Source of the DNA: Octopus vulgaris
Taxonomy: Eukaryota
Assembly (NCBI GenBank): GCA_951406725.2
Contig: OX597828.1
Coordinates: 13,516,001 to 13,580,000 of the forward strand
Reading direction: 5' to 3'
DNA: 64,000 bases
Position numbers and translations under genes: made by a program
In this document: positions 12,759 to 25,579 of the stretch, piece after piece
Numbering within the stretch: the first letter of the stretch is position 1
Layout of the letters: each line of letters opens with the position of its first letter
The notes under the pieces: model-generated
Told to the model about the DNA's origin: nothing
Database searches by the model: none
What the model saw: only the letters and a program-made list of their open reading frames with translations

Positions 12759-14881
12759 GCACATGTATACCCACACACACGTTTGTGTGTATGTATATAC
12801 ATCTCTTATCTCATGTTTTCCTTCACCTCACCCTCACTCTCTCCTTCACCTACTTCTCCTCCTCATTCCATTCCTCTTTCCTTCTACATCTCTCATCCAG
12901 TTTCTCTCTTTGTCTCCTTTTTGTCCACTTTTGAAGCTCTTTTGATCCTCCATTCCTTATCAGTTCAAGCCAATTTTTCTAACTTACAAAATTCTTTGGT
13001 CACTCCTGTCAACTTTTCCCTGAAGAATGATTGTGTCCAAAAAGTTGCATTTTCTACTCCCCTTGGTATTCTTTTTGTTGCATTTTCTACTCCCCTTGGT
13101 ATTCTTTTTGTCGATTTTACACACCTGCATACATTGGTTCATTCACCCATTCATTTGTCCATGGCACATTACTAATAGATTTCTGTGCTGTTTCTTTGTC
13201 TATTTTATTAATTTTCTATTTTGTGGTTTCGCTGAACATAGGTAGTGTGGGAAGACCTGGAATTTGGGGGACTTATTTTCTGCACCCATGTCTATATGAC
13301 CACTCAGTGGTATCTGTCTAAGTACTGGGGTATTGTATTTGTTGTCAGTGAATGGTCAGTCTATTTCTTAGAGTAAGCTTTGTTTGACCTATGTAATCTT
13401 CATTACCTCCTTGACATTTGATAGGGGAATGGGGAGTGGTATCTGAATAGGATAGTGAGGAGGTAAGGGAAGGGGAAGGTGTGAAGGATTATATATTTGT
13501 GGTAAAAAGAAATGTATGCTTGAAGAGATGGTATTAGTAGTAAAATTAAAAATCTTGGGAAGAAGAGGAATGGTAGTAATGGCTAAAAGAGTAGCCTGCA
13601 GTATGCACCTCGCTTGGATAGTTACTACTTCCAAGGTTCTGCTCACTATGAAACATGTAGCCCGGATTTTATTTACTTCATTCCTTAACTTAGGATATAT
13701 TAACCTCTTAAAGGGATGATTACATCCAAGAAAACACTGGTTCTATACCTTACATCTTTGGGAAATAAAATTTCCCTAAATCAATAGGTATATATTAAGT
13801 ATATAATCCGTATTAAATTTAGAGAAAATGGAAAGTTAGTGGTTAATAATTATTTATTAATAAATTGATAACTACAGCTGTTTCTATTGAATAAATTATA
13901 AATTTAAGCATTAAATTTATAAGTTATAAATGCAAATTTAATGTTTAAGTTTGTAAGCATTTATAACTAATAAATGCAAATTTAATGCACAAATTTGTAA
14001 TTTATTCAATGAGTATAAATGGAAACAGCCGTAGGAAGAAATGATTACCAATTTATTAATGAATAATTCTTAACCACTAACTCACCATTTTCTCTTAATT
14101 TAATATGGATTAAATATATGTATGTATGTATGTGCATGTATTTTGTTTGCCTCCCCGCCCGCTGGTTTGTATACGTTCCAGGAAGTTGGCGGTTCGGCAA
14201 AAAATAAAAAAAATAAAAAAAAAAACTCCCCTAAACCGATTACCAGTACTGGAGTCGGTTTGGTTGACTAAAACTGTTCAAAGCGGTGTCCCAGCATGAC
14301 CGAAGCAAGTAAAAGATAGAAGTTACATTTCTTTTCGTTCTCTGTAAATTACCCCCCATCCCAACCCCGCTCCCTTAGAATTGCTTAAGTTGCTATCTAT
14401 TGTGTTTAAATTAGATATAACCACGAACTATGTTGGCTAAAACAATATCTGTTGATAGATATCTTTCTTTTCTTTAATGTTCCGGCAATTATTAATAGTT
14501 TTATTATATACGTTGATAAACGTGCTAATTTTGAACTTTGTATTAAAAGAAAAGTGCTATTGACATTAGTTTCGACTATAAATGTAAAGTGGGTTGGTTG
14601 GTCGTTTAATAAACTTGTTGAACTAAATTAGTAGAAGTAGTACACAAAGAGGATCCTACCGATCCATCGTACAATCGTAGCCATCTTCAAGTTCTATGAA
14701 GCCATTAGTGGTAGAGACTTATTAGAGAAGGTGTAGCTTTGGTAAGAAAGAAAAAAAAGAAAGAAGAAAAACAGAAAGTAAAGAAAAACCAGGCTATCTC
14801 GCATACACAGCAGCAAATAGCCATCACTGTTGCTTCTTTCACTGTTTAATTTCAATAATAAGTCACGAATAATCTCGCCCG

Positions 14882-14916
14882 ATGTTTTCACTCAGAATTC
14901 TCACTTTAAATTGCTG
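14882..14916 (+). CDS. SMPD2: Neutral sphingomyelinase 1 (SMPD2-like), coding exon 1 (MFSLRILTLNC-W)
   Basis: ATG at 14882, followed by the L(R/K)ILTLNCW motif typical of the EEP/nSMase N-terminus. Donor gtaaat at 14917; phase 2 joins exon 2 to complete Trp. Confidence 0.88.
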
Positions 14917-16749
14917 GTAAATATTCGTTCATTTATTTATACTTATTAAAAAAAAATGTATTTTGATAACCTATTTTAAATAATTAACTATTTTATCAGT
15001 AAATAATTGAATCAGTTAAAATAATTTGAAAAAGAGACTTTTTTTTCGTCTACGTGTGTATATGTGTGTGTGTGTGTTTTTGATTTTGATTCATCATGGC
15101 AATGAAAGAGATCATATTAAACAGTTTGTTTACACCTCCAAGTAACTAAAATAGCTGGATTTATGATCAAATACGTTCCAACCGTGATCACCTGTCTTTT
15201 CGTTCGTCAGGAACTATATTATTATTATTGACATATATACATCGTGTGCTGTGTTTAAGACAGCTGATTGTGTCTTGAAGAAGATTTGACTGCTATTTTC
15301 AGCAATCGGATGTTGTCCTGGTTAGCTACTGATCTAAAAGTAGAACATATGATCTGTGATCAAAGCCATTCCAGCCGTGGTCATCTATTTAAAAAAATCT
15401 TTTTGTTATTGTTTAAACTTGTTTCGACTTCATAATGCAGTATGCCCTTCCTTTTAAATATAATAGGGTATGATTTAAGGAAGATTTGGCTGCTCTTTTT
15501 CTGACGCTGTACAACCACGTAGAGGCTTGAATCCGTGTTGGCTTAACTATGTTATCGTAAATGTATTATTATTGTTGCCAGGAATCCCAGTTAGACATTT
15601 CTAGTCATACATCAACATTTCATTCATACGAAAAGAAGAGAAAACGACAGCGTACATCGTTGATCCAATTTTCATTTCAACCAGTGTTTGTCTCGTTGAG
15701 CCGTACGTTAGCATTTATCGGACTGGCTATATGATTAAAAGCATTTCTAACCGTGACCATCCCATGAATTTTTTTTTTTTTGGTATATTCATGATTATAT
15801 TATCCAAAATGTAGTTTTGAAAAATGGTGGTTGGGAGCGATTCGAAGAGATTTTACTGTTATTTCTAGCGTCTCGATCGAAGACGTAGAGGCGCTCTTCG
15901 TTGGTTCGGAATCCTCAAATAGTGGGTTGTTGTTGTTTTTAGCCCCAGGTTAACCTTGATCGATTTGACTTGTGATCAGAGGCGTTCTAGCCGTGGTTAT
16001 CTCATCTCTGCACATATTTATCCATTATTATGTGTATGTTCTTCGTTTCTCTCTGTCTGTCTCTAAACTCAATAGCATAGTGGATTTGAAAAGTCTTGGT
16101 TGCATTTTCTAGCATATCCCTAGAATTGGTTTGTTTCAACTGCTTTTGTTGTTGTTGTTTTAACCCCAGGTCAATCTTGATCTAGTCAACATATGACCGA
16201 ACGTATTCTAAGCCTGATCATCCTGTCTGTTACCTACGCGCAGAGTATTCAACCAGTTCTTTTTAAAGACGTGGTTTCGAACCCCAGGATTTTGAATGGT
16301 CTGGTTACTCGATTATTTTCGAACTCCGCCCACGGTCCTCTAGTCAGTATTTACTTTTGTGTAGGCGTACATTCAAGTTGGGAACCACAGTGCTTTTTCC
16401 AACGTGAACCGAAAAAAAAAAAAAAAGTTACACAGGTGTGAGCGTGGCTGTGTGACAAGAACTTTGGACGGTTTGACAGGAGTTGACTTGGCAGAAGAAT
16501 GTACTGGGCTTCAGTCTGTTTTGGCATAATTTTTACAGATGGATGCTCTTCCTAATAGCAACCACTTTACAGAGTAGATTGGATTATTTTTACGTGGCAC
16601 CAGCACTGGCAGGGTCACTAAGATCCTTTGGGAGGGGACGTGACACTGGAGGAGGTGACCTTGTGTCAGGTGATGAAAGGCTAGAGTGCAATGTGCAATA
16701 GAGAGACAGAAACAGGTGTCTTGCTGTAGAATAGATACATGGTTACCTG

Positions 16750-16794
<45 letters not shown>

Positions 16795-19484
16795 AGGACA
16801 GAAACAGGTATATTGCTGTAATGGAGATACATGGTTACCCAATCAGGAGAGAGTAAGAGAGAGATGGTGGCAAAGTGCCAGGGCATACCCTCAAAGTACA
16901 GGGGTCAGAATATCAATGGTAGTGTGGGTCGTTTAAGAATCCATAAGTCAGAAAAATAAATATGCACTTGTATATTTGTCAATAGAGTAGGTATATTAAA
17001 GTGTAAAGTATGGCAGAATCGTTAGCACGCCGGGCGAAATGCTTAGCAGTATTTCGTCTGTCGCTAATGTTTTGAGTTCAAATTCCGCCGAGGTCGACTT
17101 TGCCTTTCATCCTTTCGAGGTCGATAAATTAAGTACCAGTTACGTACTGGGGTCGATATAATCGACTTAATCCGTTTGTCTGTCCTTGTTTGTCCTCTCT
17201 GTGTTTAGCCCCTTGTGAGTAGTAAAGAAATAGGTATTTCGTCTGTCGCTAATGTTTTGAGTTCAAATTCCGCCGAGGTCGACTTTGCTTTTCATCCTTT
17301 CGGGGTCGATAAATTAAGTACCAATCGACTAGCCCCCTCCCCCAAAATTTCGGGCCTTGTGCCTAGAGTAGAAAACATTATATACCCATTACAGCCAATC
17401 TTATCAATTGGTTTTGCGTTAGGATTTCAATACAGTGTTAAGTAACATCCCAATTATGTAACCCTGTGCTCTTCAGAGATGGCTGCTATGGAATGAAATA
17501 GGACAATTGCTTTCTATTGTTGGAAATGAACAGACACATCTTGTTTGAGACAACTGTAAAAATGACGATGAAATGAACCAAAAGTTATTTTAAGAGTTAT
17601 GTCCCTTGACACCAAAACACTATCTCTGGGAGTGTTCTAAGGCGATTGGAGTTTTCCAGAAAAGAGTGAATGGGAAATATGTGCATGTTTTAGGGTTGGT
17701 AATCTTGTAGAGATGGAATATGTGCAGCATTTTGCCCCAAAGAATTTAACCAAAGTTTTAATCAAGGCGTAAACAATAAGCGTGCAAACAAACGCCCAGA
17801 TGCTTACTCGACTGTTGAGCATCCCTCTACCCTTTCTCGAGTTATAACGTTTTGTTTCTATGGTTTATGCCGAGTTACAAACATATCTAAATACTTTTTC
17901 CAATAAATTGTTCCAAATATCAAGCATGGCACAATATTTACTTCTCATGGGATTTCCATATTATTTTCCGTAGAGTGTAGGGTGGGATTGCTGGTATCCA
18001 CAAAGTGTGTGTGTGTGTGTGTCTCTGCCTCTCTTTCACGTTCTATTCTTTCATCATTTGATACAAGATCACCTCCTCCAATGCCCTCCACCCTCTGAAA
18101 GACTCCCCTACCTTGCAAAGTCACTTGGTGACCCCCACCAGTGCAGGTGCCACTTAAAAAGCACCCAGTCCACACTGTAAAGTGGTTGGCATTTGAAAGA
18201 ACATCCAGCTGTAAAAACCATACCAAAACTGACCTGACCTGTGCGAGGGCCATGTAAAAAGCATTCAGCCCACACTGTAAAGTGGATGGTGTTACGAAGA
18301 GCATCCAGCTGTAAAACTCATGCCAAAATACACCCAGAAGCATGGCACAAGCTCCCAACCTGGCCACCTCCTGTCAAACTGTCCAGTCCATGTCAGCATG
18401 GAAGGAGGATGTTAAATGATGATGATGATGATGAATATAAAATATAATATAAGATATAAGAGATAATATAATGTAAGTATATGTAATGAGTTATGTTATG
18501 ATTAAATTGTTTACAGCCTTTATTTGCATGTAGGATAGGAATAAAAGACTATAGTAGTAGCCAGTAGTTTAGTAGGTCAAGCAGAAGGACAAGGACCCTT
18601 AAATGTGTGACTGATAGGAAAAGGTGCTTGCAAAGCTGTACAGTGTGTGAAAGCAAAAGAAAACTGTCCACTGATGTTCTCACAAAGTTCCTATTTATAC
18701 CTATAGGAAAAAGTGGATGTAGGTTTGAGAAGAAAGGGGTATATATATATATAACTAATGTAGGATAAAATTTTTTTCGGGAAAAAAATTTTATCAATGG
18801 CCAGCATATCAAAAAATACCTTTAAAGATTAAATTTATAAATAATTTACAAAATAAGGGCCAAAGAAAAATTCTAATGCCAAATATGCCGAAAGAAAGAC
18901 AAAAATTGTCAAATAACCATAATAATTTTTGCGTCTTGAAACAAACCGATAGAAATTTCTAAAAAATTCGTTATTTCCCGTATTGGTCCAATTTCGGGGT
19001 TAATTCATAGAATTTTCCCCTCTTCAGCGGCAAATACTTGAGATAAAGTGAAATACTTATTCATACCCATGGAAAAAGCAAGCACCAAATCCCGAGCAGA
19101 CCTAAGTACCCCAAATATATCCAAAATAGAAAATCTTCGGCACATCTCGAGACACGTGTGATTCAAACTAGAAACTTTCACAGAGTGACAGAATCCGGAA
19201 GTGAACACTATTCAATTTATAACTAATGTAGGATAAAATTTTTTTCGGGAAAAAAATATAGGAGGAGAATTCGCAAAAAAACAAAAGACGAAGACAGGTG
19301 GTGTAGTCAACAAACAGATGTGTTATGATATATATATATATATATCATAACATCTAAATAATTGTAGATTTCTAACTCAAATAAAGGAACCAAGATAAGT
19401 TTAACAGGTGACATCATAAATTTCTGATTACTAATGCTGAAACAAAAAAATAAAACCTTGTAGGAAAATCTAGATTAAGGTTTT

Positions 19485-20010
19485 GATTCTTGGCCTTAGC
19501 TCTGACAACACAACCTTTGTGTTTCATGTTGAAGAATTTGTCAAGTCCCAATCTTACTGTGAGCATGTTGGTTGCGATGCCTTTTCTAAAAGCCTCGTCT
19601 AACTTTTTGACTAACCCTGCCTCTACTCTGTTTCTTTCTACTGATAGTCCTTTGCTAAACCTTATTGATTCTATTCTAGTTACCCTTTTCAGGGCAAACC
19701 ACCATTTATTATTGAGTATTGCCCCTGTCAACACCCTCTTAACTAGTTCACTAATCTGGTCACTGAAATCTTTATGAACCAGCAACAGTGTGTTCAGCTT
19801 CCACTAACAGGGTTCCTGTCTATGAAGCCTATCTAAGTTGACTGCACAGATCACAACCACACTGGCACATCCAGGAAATCCAATCAATACCCGTTAGACA
19901 GTTGGAATCATCTGAACAGAATTGCGAGACTTTTGCACCCTCCTTTCCTATCTGCTAAACCTACGTAGTCCCACCTTACATCTAAAACTTCATTCCAATC
20001 CCCCACTAAA
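19485..20010 (-). mobile_element. L1/Tx1-like LINE fragment (endonuclease C-terminal part)
   Basis: LVGDWNEVLD and WKLNTLL motifs, degenerate. Confidence 0.65.
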
Positions 20011-20015
20011 TAATG

Positions 20016-20066
<51 letters not shown>

Positions 20067-20125
20067 GTAATAATAATAATAATAATAGTAATAATAATAA
20101 TAACAATAGTAATAATAATAATAAT

Positions 20126-21232
20126 AAATGTCCTGATGCAGTACCAAGCAGTGGCTCTCATGGCTTCTGATCTTAACTGATTGGAAGTGTTATCATGTAC
20201 ATTGTTTTGTCTTGGTATAAAAGATGGGCTACAGCAAATTTTCTGCTCAATACCACAGATTTGCTTGTCACTTGTTTGACCTTAACCAGTTGAGCCTGTC
20301 CCTTAGTGGCTGATGATATGTGCATCTCTGATCACGGGCAGAAGTAGTCGGGGAGCATCATAGCCGTGTGCTGAAAGGAATTCTGGTAGGTTTGGATAAT
20401 TCACCTCTGGAAACATGGGTGGTTTGTTGAACATCCTTAAACAATCCTTATTCAGGGATCTTTTGAGCAGGATAAGTTACTCGACCAGAAGAAAATTCTA
20501 ACTGGGCCCCACCTGCAAGGTCATGTGCTGTTTATCTTGATATGAGATCACCATATCACGTACATATGGTTGTGATACATGTGCCTAGTGTACCCTTATC
20601 AGACAGGTAGTCATAATGGGTATACTGGGCTTCGTATATTTGTACCCCAGTGTCACTGTGATGGCATGCACTTCTCTATCACTTAATAATAATAATAATA
20701 ATAATCTCATGGCTTTTGATATTAACTGATTGGAAGTGTAATTATGTACATTGTTTTGTCTTGGTATAAAAGATGGGCTACAGCAAATTTTCTGCTCAAT
20801 ACCACAGATTTGCTTGTCAGTTGTTTGACCTTAACCAGTTGAGCCTGTCCTTAGTGGCTGACGATATGTGCATCTCTGATCACGAGCAGAAGTAGTGGGG
20901 GAGCATCATAGCCATGTGTTGAGAGGGATTCTTTGGGGTTTGAATAATTCACCTCTGGAAACATGGGTGGTTCTTTCAACATCCTTAAACAACCCTTATT
21001 CAGGGACCTTTTGAGCGGGATGGGCTACTCAACCTGAAGAAAATTCTAACTGGGCCCCCACCTGCAAGGTCATGCGCTGTTTATCTTGATATGAGATCAC
21101 CATGTCACGCACATATGGTTGTGATGCATGTGCCTGGTGTACCCTTATCAGACGGGTAGTCATGATGGGTATATTGGGCTTCGTATATTTTACCCCAGTG
21201 TCACTGTGATGGCATGAACTGCTCTCTCACTC
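20126..21232. mobile_element. Two tandem copies of an unclassified ~560-bp repeat embedded in (AAT)n
   Basis: 20126..20683 and 20705..21232 are homologous; inverted copies at 31495..32039 and 39371..39876. Confidence 0.85.
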
Positions 21233-21265
<33 letters not shown>

Positions 21266-21984
21266 TTCTACTATAGGCACAAGACCTAGATTTTTGTGGG
21301 GAGAGGGACAGTCAATCACATCAATCCCAGTACTCAACTGGTACTGAATTTATCAACCCCCAAAAGGATGAAAGGCAAAGTCAACCTTGGAGGAATTTGA
21401 ACTCAGAACATAAAGACAGACGAAATGCCACTAAGCATTTTGCTCAGTATGCTAATGATTCTGCCTTCTCATTGCCTTTTGATACCAACCCATCTGAAAC
21501 TGCCCCTGGCTCTGTACTACAAATGTCTTGTTTTCATAAGTTTTGAATTAAAATCTTCTACCAAACCTTAGTTACAATTTATGTTCTTAACATTAGCTTA
21601 ATGATAACCAAGTTATTTTACTAAAGTCTTTGTTATATTTAAAATTAATTGGAAGAAACACAGTGCATCTCAACAGGAATGCAGTAACAAAAAAGGGTTA
21701 AGCATGAGGTCTGAAATTTTGTGGGAGGGCACCAGTTGAATACACCGACTCCAGTATTGAACTGGTACTTATTTTATTAACCCCAAAAGGATGAGAGACA
21801 AATCCACCTTGGTGATGACTTTGCTTTTCATCTTTTAAGAAATTAATACTTAACAATTATATTAATGTAGAGAAAGGAAATTTGTATATAGTAATTGATT
21901 TGTCTGATGTGTGATGAATACCTTGAAAGCTATTTGTTTAAATTAGTTTGACCTTAATTTCTTCTATTTACTTTTATTTTCCAG

Positions 21985-22087
21985 GGGCATTCCCTTCCCA
22001 GTGATATGTAAGGACAAGAATTTTAGGATTAAAAGCCTTGCGAAGGCCCTGTCAGAAAGTGAATATGATATCGTTTTACTCCAAGAG
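21985..22087 (+). CDS. SMPD2: SMPD2-like exon 2 (GIPFPVICKDKNFRIKSLAKALSESEYDIVLLQE)
   Basis: Polypyrimidine tract + ccag acceptor, gtattc donor. Contains the DIVLLQE metal-binding Glu motif. Confidence 0.92.
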
Positions 22088-22174
22088 GTATTCCTTACAC
22101 TTACAACTTATGATTTCATTATTTCTTTGTAATAATTTTAATTTTGATTGTGGTACAAAAAGAAGAGCATATCT

Positions 22175-22402
22175 GGTAAGTTCACCATCAATTCACCACA
22201 GAGAAAGTTCAGTCATCAATTCATTTTTTGCCAATAAAATAGTTTTAACTATTAATGGTAACTTACTATGAATATATTTTCTTGGTAAACTTTCCTCACA
22301 ATGAGCTTTCCTCATGGTGAGCTTTCTTCATGGTGAACTTTCTTCACAGTGAATTGATGGTGGTGAACTTTCTTGCGGTGAATTGATGGTGATGAACTTA
22401 CC
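22175..22402. mobile_element. TIR element with internal ~17-28-bp subrepeats
   Basis: ggtaagttcaccatcaattcacc ... ggtgaattgatggtgatgaacttacc. Confidence 0.6.
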
Positions 22403-23321
22403 TGTAATCAGAGTAGAGGGTGGTGAAAAAACCAAACTCTGCCATCTTCAATTTAGTTTCCATATCTCTCCTCACCTAAAGTCACGAATGGTGGGTAATG
22501 AGTGAAAGAATTTAATTGTGAATACTAGTGGTCAGAATGGGGTTCCTCTGAAGGATCTCTGGAATAACATTCCTTGACAGGGTGTGTAGCTCAGTGATCC
22601 GTTTCTTTGTGTCTGAAGATCATGAAGAAGAACGGCATTCCCTCAAGTGGTTATGTAAACCATGGACAACTCTTCTACTTGTTTCAGTCATTTGACTGCG
22701 GCCATGCTGGAGCACCGCCTTTAGTCGAGCAAATTGACGCCAGGACTTATTATTTGTAAGCCTAGTACTTATTCTATCGGTCTCTTTTTCTCTTTTGCCG
22801 AACCGCTAAGTTACGGGGACATGAACACACCAGCATTGGTTGTCAAGCGATGTTGGGAGGACAAATACAGACACACAAACACACGCATATATATATACAT
22901 ATACACGACAGGCTTCTTTCAGTTTCCGTCTACCAAATCCACTCACAAGGCTTTGGTCGCCCCGAGGCTATAGTAGAAGACACTTGCCCAAAGTGCCACG
23001 CAGTGGGACTGAACCCGGAACCATGTGGTTGGTAAGCAAGCTACTTACCACACAGCCACTCCTGCACCTATGCCAGGACATTAAATGATGATGATGATTG
23101 GGGCACCAAAATTGCTGGTATCACATAAAGAAAAAGCATCCATGCAAGTGGCATGCAAAAAGTACCCAGTACACTCTGTAAAGTGGTTGGTGTCAGGAAG
23201 GGCATCCGAGCATTAGAAACTATGCCAAAACAGACAATTGGAGCATGGGCAGCTCTCCAGCTGGCTAATTCCTGCCAAACAGTCCAACCAATGCCAGCAT
23301 GGAAAACATGTTAAACGATAT

Positions 23322-23732
23322 GTTATTTATATTATTTGCATTATTTACATTCGATGGATATTTGTCCTCATCTTGTTTGTTGTTAACACAACGTTTCGGC
23401 TGATATACCCACGGATATATGGCATAGTGTTTAAGAGCACAGGCTACTAACACCAAGATTCCGAGTTCAATTCCAAGCAGTGACCTGAACAATAACAATA
23501 ATAATAATAATAATAATAACAACAACAACAACAACAACAATAACAACAACAACATCAAAAAATACCTTAGGAATGAGAACCCAGGTTTGAAATTTCCCCA
23601 AGAAACCTGAAGACGGCTGGAGGGTATGTCAGCCAAAATGTTGTGTTAACAACAAACAAGATGAAGACAAATATCCGTTGAATGTAAGTAATGTACATAA
23701 TGTGCATAATTCCTCATCTCTTCAATATAGAA
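23322..23732 (+). mobile_element. tRNA-headed element with a hammerhead-like motif and an inverted terminal duplication
   Basis: Inverted arms 23322-23410 / 23622-23710; A/B boxes at 23420-23474; CTGAAGA core at 23607; 12-bp TSD-like atgttaaa(c/t)gat. Confidence 0.75.
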
Positions 23733-23967
23733 ATGTTAAATGATGATGACAATGAAATACCTTAAAATTGGGATATTTCTTCCATAAGCTTAGATCTGAC
23801 ACGAGATATTCACGAGCATAGCTTTGTGGCAAGAAGTTCACTTCCCAACCATGTGGTTTCAGGCTCAGATCCCTTCCATAGCATCTTGGGTGAGTGTCTT
23901 CAGCTGTAGTCTCAGGTCAACCAAAGCCTTTGTGAGTGGATATGGTAGGTGGAAACAGAAAGATACC

Positions 23968-24118
23968 TTTGTTTGTTTGTTTGTTTGTTTGTTTGTTTGT
24001 TTGTTTGTTTGTTTGTTTGTTTGTATGTATGTATGTATGTATGTATGTATGTATGTATGTATGTATGTATGTATGTATGTATGTATGTATGTATGTATGT
24101 ATGTATGTATGTATGTAT

Positions 24119-24166
<48 letters not shown>

Positions 24167-24185
24167 AGTCAGGTCAGGTCAGGTC
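23968..24185 (+). repeat. Compound tetranucleotide microsatellite (TTTG)n(TATG)n(TTAG)n(TCAGG)n
   Basis: Directly visible. Confidence 0.95.
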
Positions 24186-24731
24186 ACTTTCGAGTGCTAC
24201 TGGTAACATGTAACCCAGTACAACCTGTTGCATGGTCGGGTCGTTGACGACTAAACTGGCAACCCCATCAAGCTTGCTTGGTGAGGAGGGTGTTTATTGG
24301 ACACCCTGCGGGATGAAAAACAAAACCCGTCAAAGGGCGGAAGAACTCTTGAGAGTCAACGGCCATCCAATAAATGTCTTAAGGCTGTATCATGCGCGGG
24401 GACATAGAAATAATCGGACTGAATACCCGATCGTGCGGTTAAACCATTGGGAGTGAAGGACTCCTAGCCTTTGTTAGGGCATCCTTCTAGGAGAAGGTAA
24501 CTCAGGAAACTAGGATAACTCCGACATAAAACCTGCGGCTCAGTGGTTACTGATGATGTTGACTTGTTCTTCTTTTCGGATTATGGCTGCTGTTGCTTAG
24601 TGAGTGGGATTGACTCAGTGCACAGCCTTTCCTCACTTTAAAAAAAATCTTCTTGCACAGGCATTGCACGATAACAACATTGATTAAGCTTCATGCAATG
24701 GCCATACTCGATAACGAGGGGGCAGCCACCA
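24179..24731 (+). mobile_element. Non-autonomous RTE-derived element, copy 2
   Basis: Highly similar to copy 1; ends ccatactcgataacgagggggcagccacca followed by (TGTA)n. Confidence 0.65.
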
Positions 24732-24743
24732 TGTATGTATGTA

Positions 24744-24828
<85 letters not shown>

Positions 24829-25208
24829 TTATGTATGTACTATTTTACTCTTTTACTTGTTTCAGTCATTTGGCTGCGGCCATGCTGGGGCAGTGCCTTT
24901 AGTCAAGCAAATCTTTGTAAGCCTAGTACTTATTCTATTGGTCACTTTTGCCGAACTGCTAAGTTACGGGGACGTAAACATACCACCATCAGTTGTCAAG
25001 CGATGTCAGGGGTACAAACATGGACATTCAAACATATACACACACACATATATATATATGAAGACACTTGCCCAAGGTGCCCAGCAGTGGGAATGAACCT
25101 GGAACCATGTGGTTGGTAAGCAAGCTACTTACGACACAGCCACTCCTGCACTTATATATATATATATATATTCATACATACATTTGTATATGTGTGTATG
25201 TGTGTGTG

Positions 25209-25255
<47 letters not shown>

Positions 25256-25579
25256 CATACGTTTGTATGTATATGTATATATCTATGTGTGTATGTCTTT
25301 GTGTTTGTGTTTGTCCCACCACCACTTGACCACCGGTGTTAGTTTGTTTATGCTCCCATAACCTTTCAGTTTGGTGAGAAGTGACCGATAGAAAACTGGC
25401 CTAGAGAAATAAAAACAGAACTGGGGTCGATTTGTTCGACTAAACCCTTCATGGCAGTGCCCCAGCATGGTCACAGTCTAATGACAAACAGACAAAAGAT
25501 AGAGAATAAAGCATCCTGACAAAGCCAAGACCATGACATGAGGAAGTGTGTCAGTGATAAGTTAATACTGCAGAGTGAA

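Noticed and set aside
22290-22400. Short periodic repeats resembling a CRISPR array
   Set aside because: No unique spacers, eukaryotic context and no cas genes; they are subrepeats of a TIR element.
22734-23088. Recurrent ORFs such as ...FRLPNPLTRLW...[20 protein letters not shown]
   Set aside because: They are antisense translations of SINE family A, repeated at every copy.
24190-24265. HDV-like ribozyme at the 5' end of the RTE-derived element
   Set aside because: A P4-like hairpin followed by CTAA is present, but P1 and P3 pairing could not be made convincing in both copies.
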